A stretch of DNA of 64,000 bases, taken from contig JAUWOY010000007.1 of the NCBI GenBank assembly GCA_030611885.1, positions 19,750 through 83,749 of the forward strand, in the 5' to 3' direction. Positions 16,549-27,768 of the stretch are shown piece after piece; the first letter of the stretch is position 1, and each line of letters starts with the position of its first letter. The translations under genes and the position numbers were made by a program. Source of the stretch: Chloroflexota bacterium (GTDB lineage Bacteria; Chloroflexota; Anaerolineae; VGOG01). A model generated the notes under the pieces. That model had not been told where the DNA came from and did not search any database. It saw nothing but the letters and a program-made list of their open reading frames with translations.

Positions 16549-19182
16549 TCAACCACTCCCCACCTCCCGCTGCAACTCATACAGCTTGTTGAGCGCCTCC
16601 AGCGGGGTCATGGACTCCAGGTCTAGCTTCTTCAGCTCCTCGATGATGGGGCTGGCCTCGGGGAAGAGGGCGAGTTGACGGATTTCGGCGATGCGGCGGG
16701 GTCTGATGGGCGCTCGGTGGGAATCGCGCTCCAGATCCTCCAGTATCTCCTCGGCGCGGTGGATGACGGTCCTGGGCAGGCCCGCCAACTGCGCCACGTG
16801 GATGCCATAGCTGCGGTCGGCGCCGCCGGGGACGATCTTGTGCAGGAAGATCACTTTGTCGCCCTCCTCGACCACGGCCACGTTGTAGTTGCGCACCCTG
16901 GGCAGGACGCTGGCCAGCTCGGTCAACTCGTGGTAGTGGGTGGCGTAGAGGGTCTTGGCTCTGAGACGCGGGTGGTTGTGAATGTGCTCCACCACCGCCC
17001 AGGCGATGGACATGCCGTCGTAGGTGCTGGTCCCCCGCCCGATCTCGTCCAATATGAGCAGGCTGCGGTTGGTGGCATGGTGGAGGATGTTGGCCATCTC
17101 GATCATCTCTACCATGAAGGTTGACTGGCCAGCCCAGATCTCGTCTTGAGCACCGATGCGGGTGAAGATGCGGTCCACCAGCCCCATCCGGGCCTCGTCG
17201 GCGGGGACGAAGGAGCCAATCTGGGCCATGAGGACGATGAGGGCTACCTGGCGAAGATAAGTACTTTTGCCGCTCATGTTCGGGCCGGTGATGATCAGAA
17301 TCCCCTCCTCCTGGGAGAACCGGGCATCGTTGGGCACGAAGGGTTCTTCCCGCCGGGTGAGTTCCACCACTGGATGGCGGCCAGCGATGATCTCGATCTC
17401 GTCGCCATCGGTCAGGATGGGGCGGACGTAGTTGTTGCGGATGGCTACCTCGGCCAGAGCGGCGTAGGCGTCCAGGTGGGCCAGTGCCCGGGCGGTGGAA
17501 AGCAGCCGTCCGGCCGCAGCGGCCACCTGATCGTTGACCTCGCGGAAGAGGCGGGTCTCAACGTCGAGGATGCGCTCCTGGGCGTTCAGGATCAGCGATT
17601 CGTACTCCTTGAGCTCCGGGGTGATAAAACGCTCGGCGTTTACCAGGGTCTGCTTGCGGATATACTCCTCAGGCACGGCATCCAGGTTGGCTTTGGTCAC
17701 CTCGATGTAGTAGCCAAAGACCTTGTTGTAGCCCACTTTGAGGGATTTGATGCCCGTGCGTTTTCGCTCGGTCCGCTCTAAGTTGGCTACCCAGTTTTTG
17801 GCGTCTCTGGAGGCAGTGGCGACGCTATCCAGTTCCGCTGAGAAGCCGGCCTTGATCACCCCCCCGCTGGCCAGCGTGGCTGGCGGGTCGTCCACGATGG
17901 CCTCTCCGATGAGGGAGGCTATCTCTTCACAGGGATCAAGTTGGGAGAGCAAGGTCTGCAAGGGATGATCACCTTCAGCCCCGCCCCCCCGTTCCCCCCA
18001 GTTTTGGGGGGCCAGGGGGGCGAGCTGCGATAGCGCTTCTCGAATCCGCGGCACCTTCTCCAGGCTCTGACGAATTCCCACCAGGTCCCTTGGTACCGCA
18101 ATGCGTTGCACTGCTCGGCTGGTTAACCTCTCCAGATCGGCCAGTTGTTTGAGAAGGGCCATCACCTGGGTTCGGGTCGGCGTATCCTGATAGAGGGCTT
18201 CCACGGCGTCGAGCCGCTGCTCCAGTTTGTCCACATCCAGCAACGGCTGGTTGAGCCACTGGCGTAGCAGGCGTCCGCCCATGGCCGTGACCGTGGCGTC
18301 CAGCACGCCCAGCAGCGATCCCTTGACCGAGCCGGTGCGGATGGTGCGGCTCAGTTCCAGATTTCGCCGGGTGGATGCATCGAGGGTCATGAACTCGCTG
18401 GTGGAATAGGTCCGCAGATCGCTCAGTTGCACCAAAGCTGCTTTCTGTGTCTCCCGCAGGTACTGGACGATGACCCCCGCAGCGCGCACGGCCAGGGGCA
18501 ACCCTTCGCAGCCGTAGCCAGCCAGCGAGGCTACCTCGAAGTGATCGAGGAGAGCCTGGCGGGCGTTGCCCAACTCGAAGCGCCAACTCTCGTATTTTGA
18601 GATTTGAAGTTTAAAGTTTAAAGTTTGAAGTTTGAAGTTCGAAGTGTCCTGGATCAGGCACTCGGCTGGCCGCAGCCTCTCCAGCTCCTCCACCACCGCC
18701 TGTTCGACGTCGTCGCCCGACAGTTGCGTGGTAGCGAATTCGCCCGTGGTTATGTCGGCGTAGGCAATGCCTGCTCTTTTGTCTTCTATTACCAGGGCGG
18801 CCAGGTAGTTGTTGCTCTTTTCTTCCAGCAACGTCGGTTCCATTATGGTGCCCGGGGTGATCACCCGTATCACCTCGCGGGGCATCAATCCGCGCACGGG
18901 CTGGGCGCCCACCTGCTCCACGATGGCCACCTTGTGCCCCGCCTTGATGAGCTTGGCGAGGTAGCCCTCGACGGCGTGATAGGGCACCCCGGCCAATGGC
19001 ACCCGTTGGCCCTTCCCCACCGGCCGCGAGGTGAGGACGATGTCGCAGGCCTGGGCGACGACCTTCGCGTCCTCGTCGAAGCTCTCGTAAAAATCCCCCA
19101 GGCGGAAGAGGACGATGGTGTCAGGGTATTGCTTCTTGATCTGCAAGTATTGGTGGCGCATGGGGGTCAATTCCTTGGCCAT
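16549..19182 (-). CDS. mutS: DNA mismatch repair protein MutS
   Basis: 877 aa. N-terminal mismatch-binding GDFYE, Walker A GPNMSGKST, DEIGRGTST, C-terminal dimerisation region. Confidence 0.95.
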   Translation of the reverse strand: MAKELTPMRHQYLQIKKQYPDTIVLFRLGDFYESFDEDAKVVAQACDIVLTSRPVGKGQRVPLAGVPYHAVEGYLAKLIKAGHKVAIVEQVGAQPVRGLMPREVIRVITPGTIMEPTLLEEKSNNYLAALVIEDKRAGIAYADITTGEFATTQLSGDDVEQAVVEELERLRPAECLIQDTSNFKLQTLNFKLQISKYESWRFELGNARQALLDHFEVASLAGYGCEGLPLAVRAAGVIVQYLRETQKAALVQLSDLRTYSTSEFMTLDASTRRNLELSRTIRTGSVKGSLLGVLDATVTAMGGRLLRQWLNQPLLDVDKLEQRLDAVEALYQDTPTRTQVMALLKQLADLERLTSRAVQRIAVPRDLVGIRQSLEKVPRIREALSQLAPLAPQNWGERGGGAEGDHPLQTLLSQLDPCEEIASLIGEAIVDDPPATLASGGVIKAGFSAELDSVATASRDAKNWVANLERTERKRTGIKSLKVGYNKVFGYYIEVTKANLDAVPEEYIRKQTLVNAERFITPELKEYESLILNAQERILDVETRLFREVNDQVAAAAGRLLSTARALAHLDAYAALAEVAIRNNYVRPILTDGDEIEIIAGRHPVVELTRREEPFVPNDARFSQEEGILIITGPNMSGKSTYLRQVALIVLMAQIGSFVPADEARMGLVDRIFTRIGAQDEIWAGQSTFMVEMIEMANILHHATNRSLLILDEIGRGTSTYDGMSIAWAVVEHIHNHPRLRAKTLYATHYHELTELASVLPRVRNYNVAVVEEGDKVIFLHKIVPGGADRSYGIHVAQLAGLPRTVIHRAEEILEDLERDSHRAPIRPRRIAEIRQLALFPEASPIIEELKKLDLESMTPLEALNKLYELQREVGSG
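18596..18644. repeat. heptanucleotide tract (TTTRAAG x7) inside mutS
   Basis: tttgaga tttgaag tttaaag tttaaag tttgaag tttgaag ttcgaag; encodes SNFKLQTLNFKLQISKY. Confidence 0.9.
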
Positions 19183-19193
19183 TGCTTACTCCT

Positions 19194-19904
19194 CTACCTC
19201 GACAGGGCTTTACTTTGCAGCTCCAGGAGCTCCTGGATGCCTCTCTCTGCCAAATCCAGCAGCTCGTGCACGACTGCGCGGGCGAAGGGCTGGCCCTCAG
19301 CGGTGCCCTGCACTTCCACGTATTCTCCCCCGGCGGTCATGACCACGTTGAAGTCCACTTCAGCCACAGAGTCCTCATCGTAGCAGGGATCGAGCACCGC
19401 TTGACCGTTCACCACTCCAACACTGACGGCGGCCACAGGCGTTCTCAGGACATCGGGGGGAAGCAGGCCGCCCCGGATGAGCTTGTCCAGGGCGATGGAC
19501 AAGGCCACGTAACCGCCCGTAACCGAAGCTGCGCGGGTGCCTCCGTCGGCCTGGATGACGTCACAATCCACGATCAGGGTACGCCAGCCCAACTTCTCCA
19601 GGTTGACGGCAGCTCGCAAGCTACGGCCAATGAAACGGCGGATCTCCTGGGTGCGCCCCCTGAGCCCCCTGGTCTCGCGAGGAGTGCGCGTGTGGGTGGA
19701 GCGGGGCAGCAGGGCGTATTCGGCCGTGACCCAACCCTGGTCGCGACTCTGCAGCCAACCTGGCACTCTTTCCTCCACGGTCACGTTGCAGATGACCCGC
19801 GTGACGCCCATCTCGATCAAGACTGAGCCTTCGGGGTACTGCACATAGTCCGGTGTGATGATCACCGGCCTGAGCTCGTCGTTGTTCCGCCCGTCAACCC
19901 TCAT
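19194..19904 (-). CDS. rph: ribonuclease PH
   Basis: MRVDGR..ELRPV.. start, GRTQEI motif, 236 aa. Confidence 0.93.
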   Translation of the reverse strand: MRVDGRNNDELRPVIITPDYVQYPEGSVLIEMGVTRVICNVTVEERVPGWLQSRDQGWVTAEYALLPRSTHTRTPRETRGLRGRTQEIRRFIGRSLRAAVNLEKLGWRTLIVDCDVIQADGGTRAASVTGGYVALSIALDKLIRGGLLPPDVLRTPVAAVSVGVVNGQAVLDPCYDEDSVAEVDFNVVMTAGGEYVEVQGTAEGQPFARAVVHELLDLAERGIQELLELQSKALSR

Positions 19905-19913
19905 AGTTACTCC

Positions 19914-21239
19914 TCAATTCGTATAACTGTTTGGACAGTGGGGATCACTGTCGGCGAAGTCGCCGCCGAAGGCCATGACCACCGCCCGACAACCCTTGCA
20001 AAGCTCAAGGTAAGGGCAGGCACGGCAGGCCCCCCGCATCGTATCCTCCTGAGCCCGGAAGCGGGCGAAGACCTCCGACTCCCACCAGGCGCGCATGAAT
20101 TCGCCCTCCCCCACGTCGGACCAGCGCACGTGGCTGCACGGGAGCACCGCGCCGTCCTGGGTGATAGTGATGAACTTGCGCGCCGCCGAGCAGCCCCAGG
20201 CACCGGCCCGGTAGAGTTGCTCAGGGGAACGGTCGGTGAGCAAAAAGGTCAGGGAGGCATCCACGGTGATGCGGGTATCGGGTTGCAGGTTGCAGGTTGC
20301 AGGTTTCAGGTCACAGATCACAGGCTGTGGCTTGCGACGTGCACTTAGCGTTTCCTGTACCTGACGATACCCTGCGGCATCCAGCGACTCCCGCTCCAGC
20401 CAGTCGCTTTCGGTGGTGGGCGGCTTGGGGCGCAGGATGTTGACCGAGGCCGCACCCAGGCGCTGCCCCAGCTCTATCACCGGCCCCAGCTCGGCCAGGT
20501 TGTTGCGGGTCACCAGGAAGTTGGGACCCCAGGGCAAGTCGGCTTCGCGACAGGCTTCGATGGCGGCCATCGTGGCCTGGAAGTTGGGCCGGGTCTTCTG
20601 GTTGGTGTCCTCAGTGGCCCCGTTGAGCGAGATCTGCACCTGGCCCAGGCCCGCTTCTTTGAGGGCGGCAGCCACGTCACGGGTAAGGCGATTGCCGTTG
20701 GTGGTCAGGTTGGGCACGATGCCGTGCTGGCGAGCCAGGCGCACCATCTCCACGATGCGGGGATGCAGCAGGGGCTCGCCGCCGCCCAGGGCCATCTGAA
20801 AAACCCCGACCCTCCCCGCCTCGGCCACGACCTTCTCGAACAGGGAAAATGGGGCATCGGCCGCCTCGACATCGGAGCCGGGCCGGGCGGAGTAGAAGCA
20901 GCCGGCGCAGGCCTGATCGCAGCGGCCGGTGACCGAGAAGTGGATGGTCTCTGGCGCGGCCAGGGAACGAGGCGGGGCGGTGGTAGCCGGGGCAGCGTCG
21001 CGCACCGCTTCTACCCTCCCCAACGCATCATCATCGGATGGGCTGCGAACGACGAACCCCTTCTCCAGCAGGTAGCCGACGAAGAAGACGGGATAGTCGC
21101 GCAGTTCGCCCTTCAGCAGGAAGTAGAGAGCGTCCAGCCCCTCCATATCCAGCAGGGCCGTCTCCGCCGTATCCTGCTGGAACATCAGCGCGCCGTGGGG
21201 TTCGGGCCGCAGCACGGTAGCGGGTGAAAGAGTGAACAT
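19914..21239 (-). CDS. radical SAM/SPASM-domain protein with PqqD-like N-terminal extension
   Basis: CDQACAGC (CxxxCxxC) cluster motif. Cys-rich C-terminal SPASM-like region (CSAARKF...PCSH...CRACPYLELCKGC). The ~70-aa N-terminal region resembles a RiPP recognition element. Confidence 0.8.
   Translation of the reverse strand: MFTLSPATVLRPEPHGALMFQQDTAETALLDMEGLDALYFLLKGELRDYPVFFVGYLLEKGFVVRSPSDDDALGRVEAVRDAAPATTAPPRSLAAPETIHFSVTGRCDQACAGCFYSARPGSDVEAADAPFSLFEKVVAEAGRVGVFQMALGGGEPLLHPRIVEMVRLARQHGIVPNLTTNGNRLTRDVAAALKEAGLGQVQISLNGATEDTNQKTRPNFQATMAAIEACREADLPWGPNFLVTRNNLAELGPVIELGQRLGAASVNILRPKPPTTESDWLERESLDAAGYRQVQETLSARRKPQPVICDLKPATCNLQPDTRITVDASLTFLLTDRSPEQLYRAGAWGCSAARKFITITQDGAVLPCSHVRWSDVGEGEFMRAWWESEVFARFRAQEDTMRGACRACPYLELCKGCRAVVMAFGGDFADSDPHCPNSYTN
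20281..20322. repeat. heptanucleotide tract (GGTTGCA-type x6) inside the radical SAM gene
   Basis: ggttgca ggttgca ggttgca ggtttca ggtcaca gatcaca. Confidence 0.9.
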
Positions 21240-21242
21240 CGC

Positions 21243-22058
21243 TCAGTAGACCATGTGCAGGTCAACCTTGGCCCCCGCCTTCTTGGCCGCCTGTTCCAGG
21301 AGGAAGGTGTAGTAGTCGCACAGGAACTGGCCGTCCTCCATCCAGCGGCCGGTGACAGAGAAAGTGGCGTCGGGGTTGAGGCGCACCCGCAGGGAGACGT
21401 TCATGGAGCGCTCCAGGTCTTCCCGCAGCATGTCGCCCCAGCTTTCTCCCCCGAAGGAGGAACCGCCGAACTCCTCCATCTGCTTCCCGGCCCCGCGGGC
21501 GATGCGAAGGGCCTGTTTCTGCTCCTGGGATGAGAGCTTGCTGGCCTTCTCGAAGTTACAGCCCAGGAAGAGGATCACGCCGTCCATGGGAATCTCGTCT
21601 TCGGAGTAGAAAACGGTCTCGTCCACCTTTTCCCCTGGGGTGAACTCGTAGTCGTAGTCGGCGTACATTGCTTTTTGCTCTTCGTGGAGTTCGAAGTGGA
21701 AGGTGCCGGCCTCGGAGAGTGCCTGGCGATGCTCGCCCACATAGTTGAGAAGGACCTGGATGGCTCGCACGCCGACGCGCGGGGCGCGGTAGCTCTCAGG
21801 ATCGAACTTGGCGATCTGCTTGTCCAGGTACTCCAGGGCCTTGGCCCCCAGCTTGTCCTCCTCGTGGCCCTGCTCGACGACGAACTGGCGCAAGCGCTCT
21901 AGCGGCTTCTTGAACAGCAGGTAGTAGGAGCGGACGAAGTAGCCTGAGGTCAGGAACTCCCTGAGCAAAGTTCCCAGTTCCTCCGGCTGCTTCACCTTCA
22001 CTTCGTAGGCGGCCTCCGAGGAGTCAATCTCGTAGCCGCTCCAATGTGCTTTCAACAT
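21243..22058 (-). CDS. hypothetical protein (271 aa), no recognised family
   Basis: Long ORF tightly packed between the aminotransferase and the radical SAM gene (4-nt and 17-nt gaps). Confidence 0.6.
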   Translation of the reverse strand: MLKAHWSGYEIDSSEAAYEVKVKQPEELGTLLREFLTSGYFVRSYYLLFKKPLERLRQFVVEQGHEEDKLGAKALEYLDKQIAKFDPESYRAPRVGVRAIQVLLNYVGEHRQALSEAGTFHFELHEEQKAMYADYDYEFTPGEKVDETVFYSEDEIPMDGVILFLGCNFEKASKLSSQEQKQALRIARGAGKQMEEFGGSSFGGESWGDMLREDLERSMNVSLRVRLNPDATFSVTGRWMEDGQFLCDYYTFLLEQAAKKAGAKVDLHMVY

Positions 22059-22074
22059 CTGTTGGCCTCCTTTT

Positions 22075-23307
22075 TTAAGCTTTGAACTTTGAACTTTGGA
22101 TTTTGAGCTTTGCTCGTATCACCTCTGCCAACGTTCTCACTCCCTCGGCCATCTGGGCTTCAGAGAGGAAGCTGAAGGGGAGGCGGAGGTTGCGCCGGCC
22201 GCCTCCCTCCGACGCCTGGGCGAAGAAGCGCGCACCTGGCGTGAAGATCACTCCCCGCTCTGTGGCCACGGCCAGCACCGCCTCGGCCTCCAGCGGCTCG
22301 GGCAGGGTCAGCCAGACGAAGAAACCGCCGGACGGGCGCGTCCAGCGCACGCCGTCGGGCATCTCCCGCCCCAGTGCCGCCAGCAGCGCGTCCCGCCGGG
22401 TCCGGTAGTGAGCTACCAGCCGGGCGATGTGCGGCTCCAGCCATCCCTCCTGGCAGAAGGCGGCCACCACGTGGGCCACGAAGGGATTGGCTCCCCCCTC
22501 GTTTCCCTTCAGCCCGCAATTGACGATGCGCTGTATCACCTCCGGCTCGGCGACGATCCAGCCCAGCCGCAGCCCGGCGGCCAGGATTTTGGAAAAGCTC
22601 CCCAGCCGGATCACCCCTCGCCCTCCGGCCAACTCAAATAGAGAGGGAGGTACTCGCCCCTCGAAGCAGATGTCCCGATAGACGTCGTCCTCCACCAGGA
22701 GCAGCCCCCGCTCGGCGGCCAGTTCCACCAGCGCTTCCCTGCGTTCCGCCGCCAGGGTGATCCCGGCCGGGTTCTGGAAAGTGGGGATGATGTAGAGGAA
22801 GGCCATCCGCCGCCCGATCAGGCTCAGCGCCTCCAGCCGCTTGGCCAGGGCCTCGACCACCAGCCCCTGGCCGTCAATCGGCACCTGTCTCAGCTCCACG
22901 GGGTGATCGCGCAGGGTGGCGATGGCCTCGTGGTAGCTGGGGGCCTCCACCAGCACCACGTCGCCGGGGCGGGTGAAGAGGCGGGCCGCGGTGTCCAGTC
23001 CCTGGGCCGCTCCAGCGCAGAGCATGATGTTGGCCCGGGCGATGCGTAGCCCCTCGTCCCGCTCGACCTTGCCGATCAGGTAGTCGAGCAAGGGGCCGTA
23101 CCCCTGTTCGGGGCCATATTGCAGTGCCAGCCGGCCCCGCGTCCGCAGCGCACGCTCGGTGGCAGCAATGATCTTCTCCACCGGGAGGAGGTCGGGGTCA
23201 GGATGGCCGTAGACGAAGGGGATCGCCCCAGCCGGCCCACCGGCCTGGACTCCTTCCAGAGGGTCGAACGGTGGGGATAGTTGGGGAACAGAGGCGTTGT
23301 CGGGCAT
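22075..23307 (-). CDS. PLP-dependent aminotransferase, class I/II
   Basis: SFSKILAAGLRLGW PLP-lysine motif, 410 aa, fold-type I pattern. Confidence 0.85.
   Translation of the reverse strand: MPDNASVPQLSPPFDPLEGVQAGGPAGAIPFVYGHPDPDLLPVEKIIAATERALRTRGRLALQYGPEQGYGPLLDYLIGKVERDEGLRIARANIMLCAGAAQGLDTAARLFTRPGDVVLVEAPSYHEAIATLRDHPVELRQVPIDGQGLVVEALAKRLEALSLIGRRMAFLYIIPTFQNPAGITLAAERREALVELAAERGLLLVEDDVYRDICFEGRVPPSLFELAGGRGVIRLGSFSKILAAGLRLGWIVAEPEVIQRIVNCGLKGNEGGANPFVAHVVAAFCQEGWLEPHIARLVAHYRTRRDALLAALGREMPDGVRWTRPSGGFFVWLTLPEPLEAEAVLAVATERGVIFTPGARFFAQASEGGGRRNLRLPFSFLSEAQMAEGVRTLAEVIRAKLKIQSSKFKA
22080..22114. repeat. heptanucleotide tract (RCTTTGA-type x5) forming the aminotransferase C-terminus
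   Basis: gctttga actttga actttgg attttga gctttgc; encodes the terminal KLKIQSSKFKA. Confidence 0.9.
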
Positions 23308-23316
23308 GTTTTGTCT

Positions 23317-23597
23317 CTATGATTCACCGGGAAAAGGAGCAGAGTCGGAGAAGACCATAGCCGCCAGCTTGGCACCGGTTTCTCCTATGCTGATCTCCTC
23401 TGGTATCCGCTGATACCCCTGGATGTAGGCTTCATCCATCTCCTGCTCGCGGAGTTCCGCCAGATAGCGTTCCAGGGCACGGCGGATGAAGGCCGCGCGG
23501 CTCTCCTTCTGCGCCTTGGCGTAGTGCATCACCGCCTCCAGCAGGGGTTGGGCATGGGTACCTGAATAACCTTGACCATTCTAGTTTCTGTAGACAC
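23317..23597 (-). pseudogene. ribbon-helix-helix (CopG/VapB-like) antitoxin gene with an apparent 1-nt frameshift
   Basis: GGAGGTG then GTG 23597 opens VSTETRMVKVIQVPMPNP. After the C-run near 23545-23548 the reading continues in another frame as LLEAVMHYAKAQKESRAAFIRRALERYL... No toxin gene is adjacent. Confidence 0.45.
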
Positions 23598-23632
23598 GTT
23601 AACCACCTCCGCCACACAATTCAGTGATTTGC

Positions 23633-25073
<1,441 letters not shown>

Positions 25074-25075
<2 letters not shown>

Positions 25076-26264
25076 AATGGCGCACACCTAGAAGTTCGAC
25101 AGCTAGACGGGCATAGACCCGGGCGGCGGCCACCACATCGGCCAGGCGGATCTGGTCGTCCACGGTGTGGGCGAAGCGCTCTTCGCCGGGGCCGAAACCC
25201 ACGGTGGGGATGTTGGCTTTCCCCATGGTGTAGACCCCATCGGTGGAGAAGGCCCACTGGCCAATCTTGGGCCGGTAGCCCAGCGTCTCCCGGATGGCTC
25301 TGGCCGTAGCTTTCACCAGCGGGTGATCCTGGTCCAGGGCCCAGGGGGGATAGAACTCCCTGGCCCGGCACTCGTAGCCAGTGTAGCTGGTCGCTTGATA
25401 CTCGGTGACTTTCACCCTGGCCTGAACCCCCTCCCGGGCGATTATCCCCTGGATCTCCGCCAGGGCCTTGGCCTCGGTCTCACCCAGCGTGAGGCGGCGG
25501 TCAATGTAGAAGGTGCAGGTGTCGGGGATGGCGTTGCGGCTGGCGGCGGAGCTCTCAATCTGGGTGACGGCAATGCTCCCCTGTCCCAGGAAAGCGTCGT
25601 CAGCCAGCCGGGGGGCCAGAAGCTCTATGCCGAAGATCAGCCGCGCGGCGTCGTAGATGGCGTTCCTGCCTCGCTCGGGAGTGGCGGCATGACAGGACCT
25701 GCCTCGGACAGAGACTTTCATCTCCACGCGACCCCGATGGCCTCGTTTGATCTGCAAATTCGTGGGCTCGCCCAGGACGACGAAGTCGGGCCTGATCCCC
25801 TCTTGCTCGATCAGCACTTGCATCGCCAGACCCTCGCAGGGCTCCTCCTGGACGATGCCCACCACACAGAGCTCGCCAGCCAGTTGGATGCCCGCGTCAA
25901 CGAGAGCCTTCGCTCCGTAGACCATAGCCGCCAACGCGCCCTTCATGTCACAGGCGCCCAGGCCATACAGCACCCCACCCTCGATCTGGGCTCCGTAAGG
26001 ATCGCGCGCCCAGGAATCGGGGTCGCTGACGCCCACGGTGTCCATGTGGCCATCGTAAATGAGCCTGGGACCAGCGCCGGCGCCAACACAGCCGATCACG
26101 TTTCCGATGCGGTCGCGCCTCACATTGGGGAAACCCACCCGCCGCATCTCCTCCGCCAGCCGCTCGGCTAGCGCCTTCTCCTGAGTCGAGAGACTGGGGA
26201 TGCGGATCAAGTCCTGAAGGAACGCAACTAAGTCGTTTCGGTCTTGGGAAGAGAGAGCAAACAT
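25074..26264 (-). CDS. M20 family metallohydrolase (ArgE/DapE/YgeY-like)
   Basis: GHMDTVG and GACDMKG motifs. Probable start MFALSSQDRN at 26264, because the tracked N-terminal extension lies in a heptamer tract. Confidence 0.82.
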
Positions 26265-26273
26265 AGTCCCATC

Positions 26274-26339
26274 TCCAAATCCCAATGACCAAACTCCAAA
26301 TCCCAATTGGCTCATTGGTCATTGGCTCATTGGTCATTG
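26274..26339. repeat. intergenic heptanucleotide tract (CCAAATC / TTGGTCA types)
   Basis: tccaaat cccaatg accaaac tccaaat cccaatt ggctcat tggtcat tggctca ttggtca. The two halves are inverted relative to each other. Confidence 0.9.
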
Positions 26340-26340
26340 A

Positions 26341-27768
26341 CTAATATGCGCCTTTGCCAGCCAGGACGGCGGGGATGGTCTTCAGGGCGATTTTGAGATC
26401 CAAGAGAGGCGACCAATTCTCCAGGTAGTAGATATCCAGCAGGCACATCTCATCGAAGGTGAGCTGGCTGCGGCCACTGACCTGCCAGAGGCCGGTGATG
26501 CCCGGCGGGATCTCCAGCCGCCTGCGGTGCCACTCCTGGTACTGCTCCACCTCCGAAGGGATGGCCGGGCGCGGGCCGACCAGGCTCATCTCCCCCCGCA
26601 AGACGTTATAAAACTGAGGAAGCTCGTCCAGGCTGGTGCGACGCAGGAACCTGCCCACTCGAGTACAGCGTGGGTCGTGCCGGATCTTGAAAGTGGCGCC
26701 CATGACTTCATCCCGGTCTGCCAGTTGAGGGCGTTCCCCCTCTGCCCCCTGGCGCATGGAGCGAAACTTGTGGAACACGAACCTTCGCCCCCCTTTGCCC
26801 ACCCGAACCTGTTTGAAAAGGATGGGGCCAGGGGAATCCAGTTTAATGGCCGCGGAGATGAGAAGCATCAGGGGGGAGAGCAAAATCAATGCTGCCAAAG
26901 AGAGGACGATGTCGCTGGCCCGCTTGAAGGCCAGGTTCCAGCCGGTGATGGATATTTCCTTGACCCCGATGATGGGAATCCCGCCCAGATCCTCGATGTC
27001 CACCCGGCTGAGGGCCAACTGAAACAGGTCGGGTACGATGCGAGCCCGAACCCGCTCCCGCTCACACTGACGCATGATCCCTAGAATCTTACGATGATGC
27101 ATCCAGGGCAGGGTGACAATGACCTCGTCAATGGCCTCCTTCTGAATGACGCGGGGCAGGTTATCAATCCCCCCCAGGGCCTTGAAGCGGCCGATATCGG
27201 TACTATTCTTCTCAGGGTCATCGTCAACGAAGCCAATGACCTGATAGCCCAACTCGGGCTGAGCCACGATGTTGCGCATCAGCCTGCGGCCCACTTCGCC
27301 GGCCCCGACTATGAGCACGCGATCCACCCCCAGGCCTCGCCGCATGCGGCTTTCCCAGACCCAACGCTTGATCAAGCGGCTGAGCGAGAGCAGAGCGACG
27401 ATTATCCCCCCCGCCCAGATGAACATCAAGCGGGAATAGACCTGAGGGCGAAACCAGAAGGTTATGGCCGTTACGATGACGATGCCGGTGGTGGTGCCGC
27501 CGACCAGGGCGTAGACCTCATCAAGCCAGGAGGCGCCGCGAGGCTGATCGTAGACTCCCCCCAGCTTGTAGGCGAGCATCAACAGAACCGTCAACACCAA
27601 AGCGAAAGGTATGTACATCTGAAAGGGAGCATAGTTAGCAGGATCCACGGTGCGAAACCACTGCAAGTCATAGCGCACCCAATAAGCGGCGGCGAAGGCC
27701 AGGTTAATAAGCACCACATCCGTCAGGGCCATTATTAGAGAAACCCATCGCCGGTATCGCTCAAACAT
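26341..27768 (-). CDS. polyprenyl-phosphate glycosyl-1-phosphate transferase (bacterial sugar transferase, EPS priming enzyme)
   Basis: N-terminal TM bundle, Rossmann-like middle domain, C-terminal KFRSM...DELPQ...GEMSLVGPRP motifs. Confidence 0.9.
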   Translation of the reverse strand: MFERYRRWVSLIMALTDVVLINLAFAAAYWVRYDLQWFRTVDPANYAPFQMYIPFALVLTVLLMLAYKLGGVYDQPRGASWLDEVYALVGGTTTGIVIVTAITFWFRPQVYSRLMFIWAGGIIVALLSLSRLIKRWVWESRMRRGLGVDRVLIVGAGEVGRRLMRNIVAQPELGYQVIGFVDDDPEKNSTDIGRFKALGGIDNLPRVIQKEAIDEVIVTLPWMHHRKILGIMRQCERERVRARIVPDLFQLALSRVDIEDLGGIPIIGVKEISITGWNLAFKRASDIVLSLAALILLSPLMLLISAAIKLDSPGPILFKQVRVGKGGRRFVFHKFRSMRQGAEGERPQLADRDEVMGATFKIRHDPRCTRVGRFLRRTSLDELPQFYNVLRGEMSLVGPRPAIPSEVEQYQEWHRRRLEIPPGITGLWQVSGRSQLTFDEMCLLDIYYLENWSPLLDLKIALKTIPAVLAGKGAY

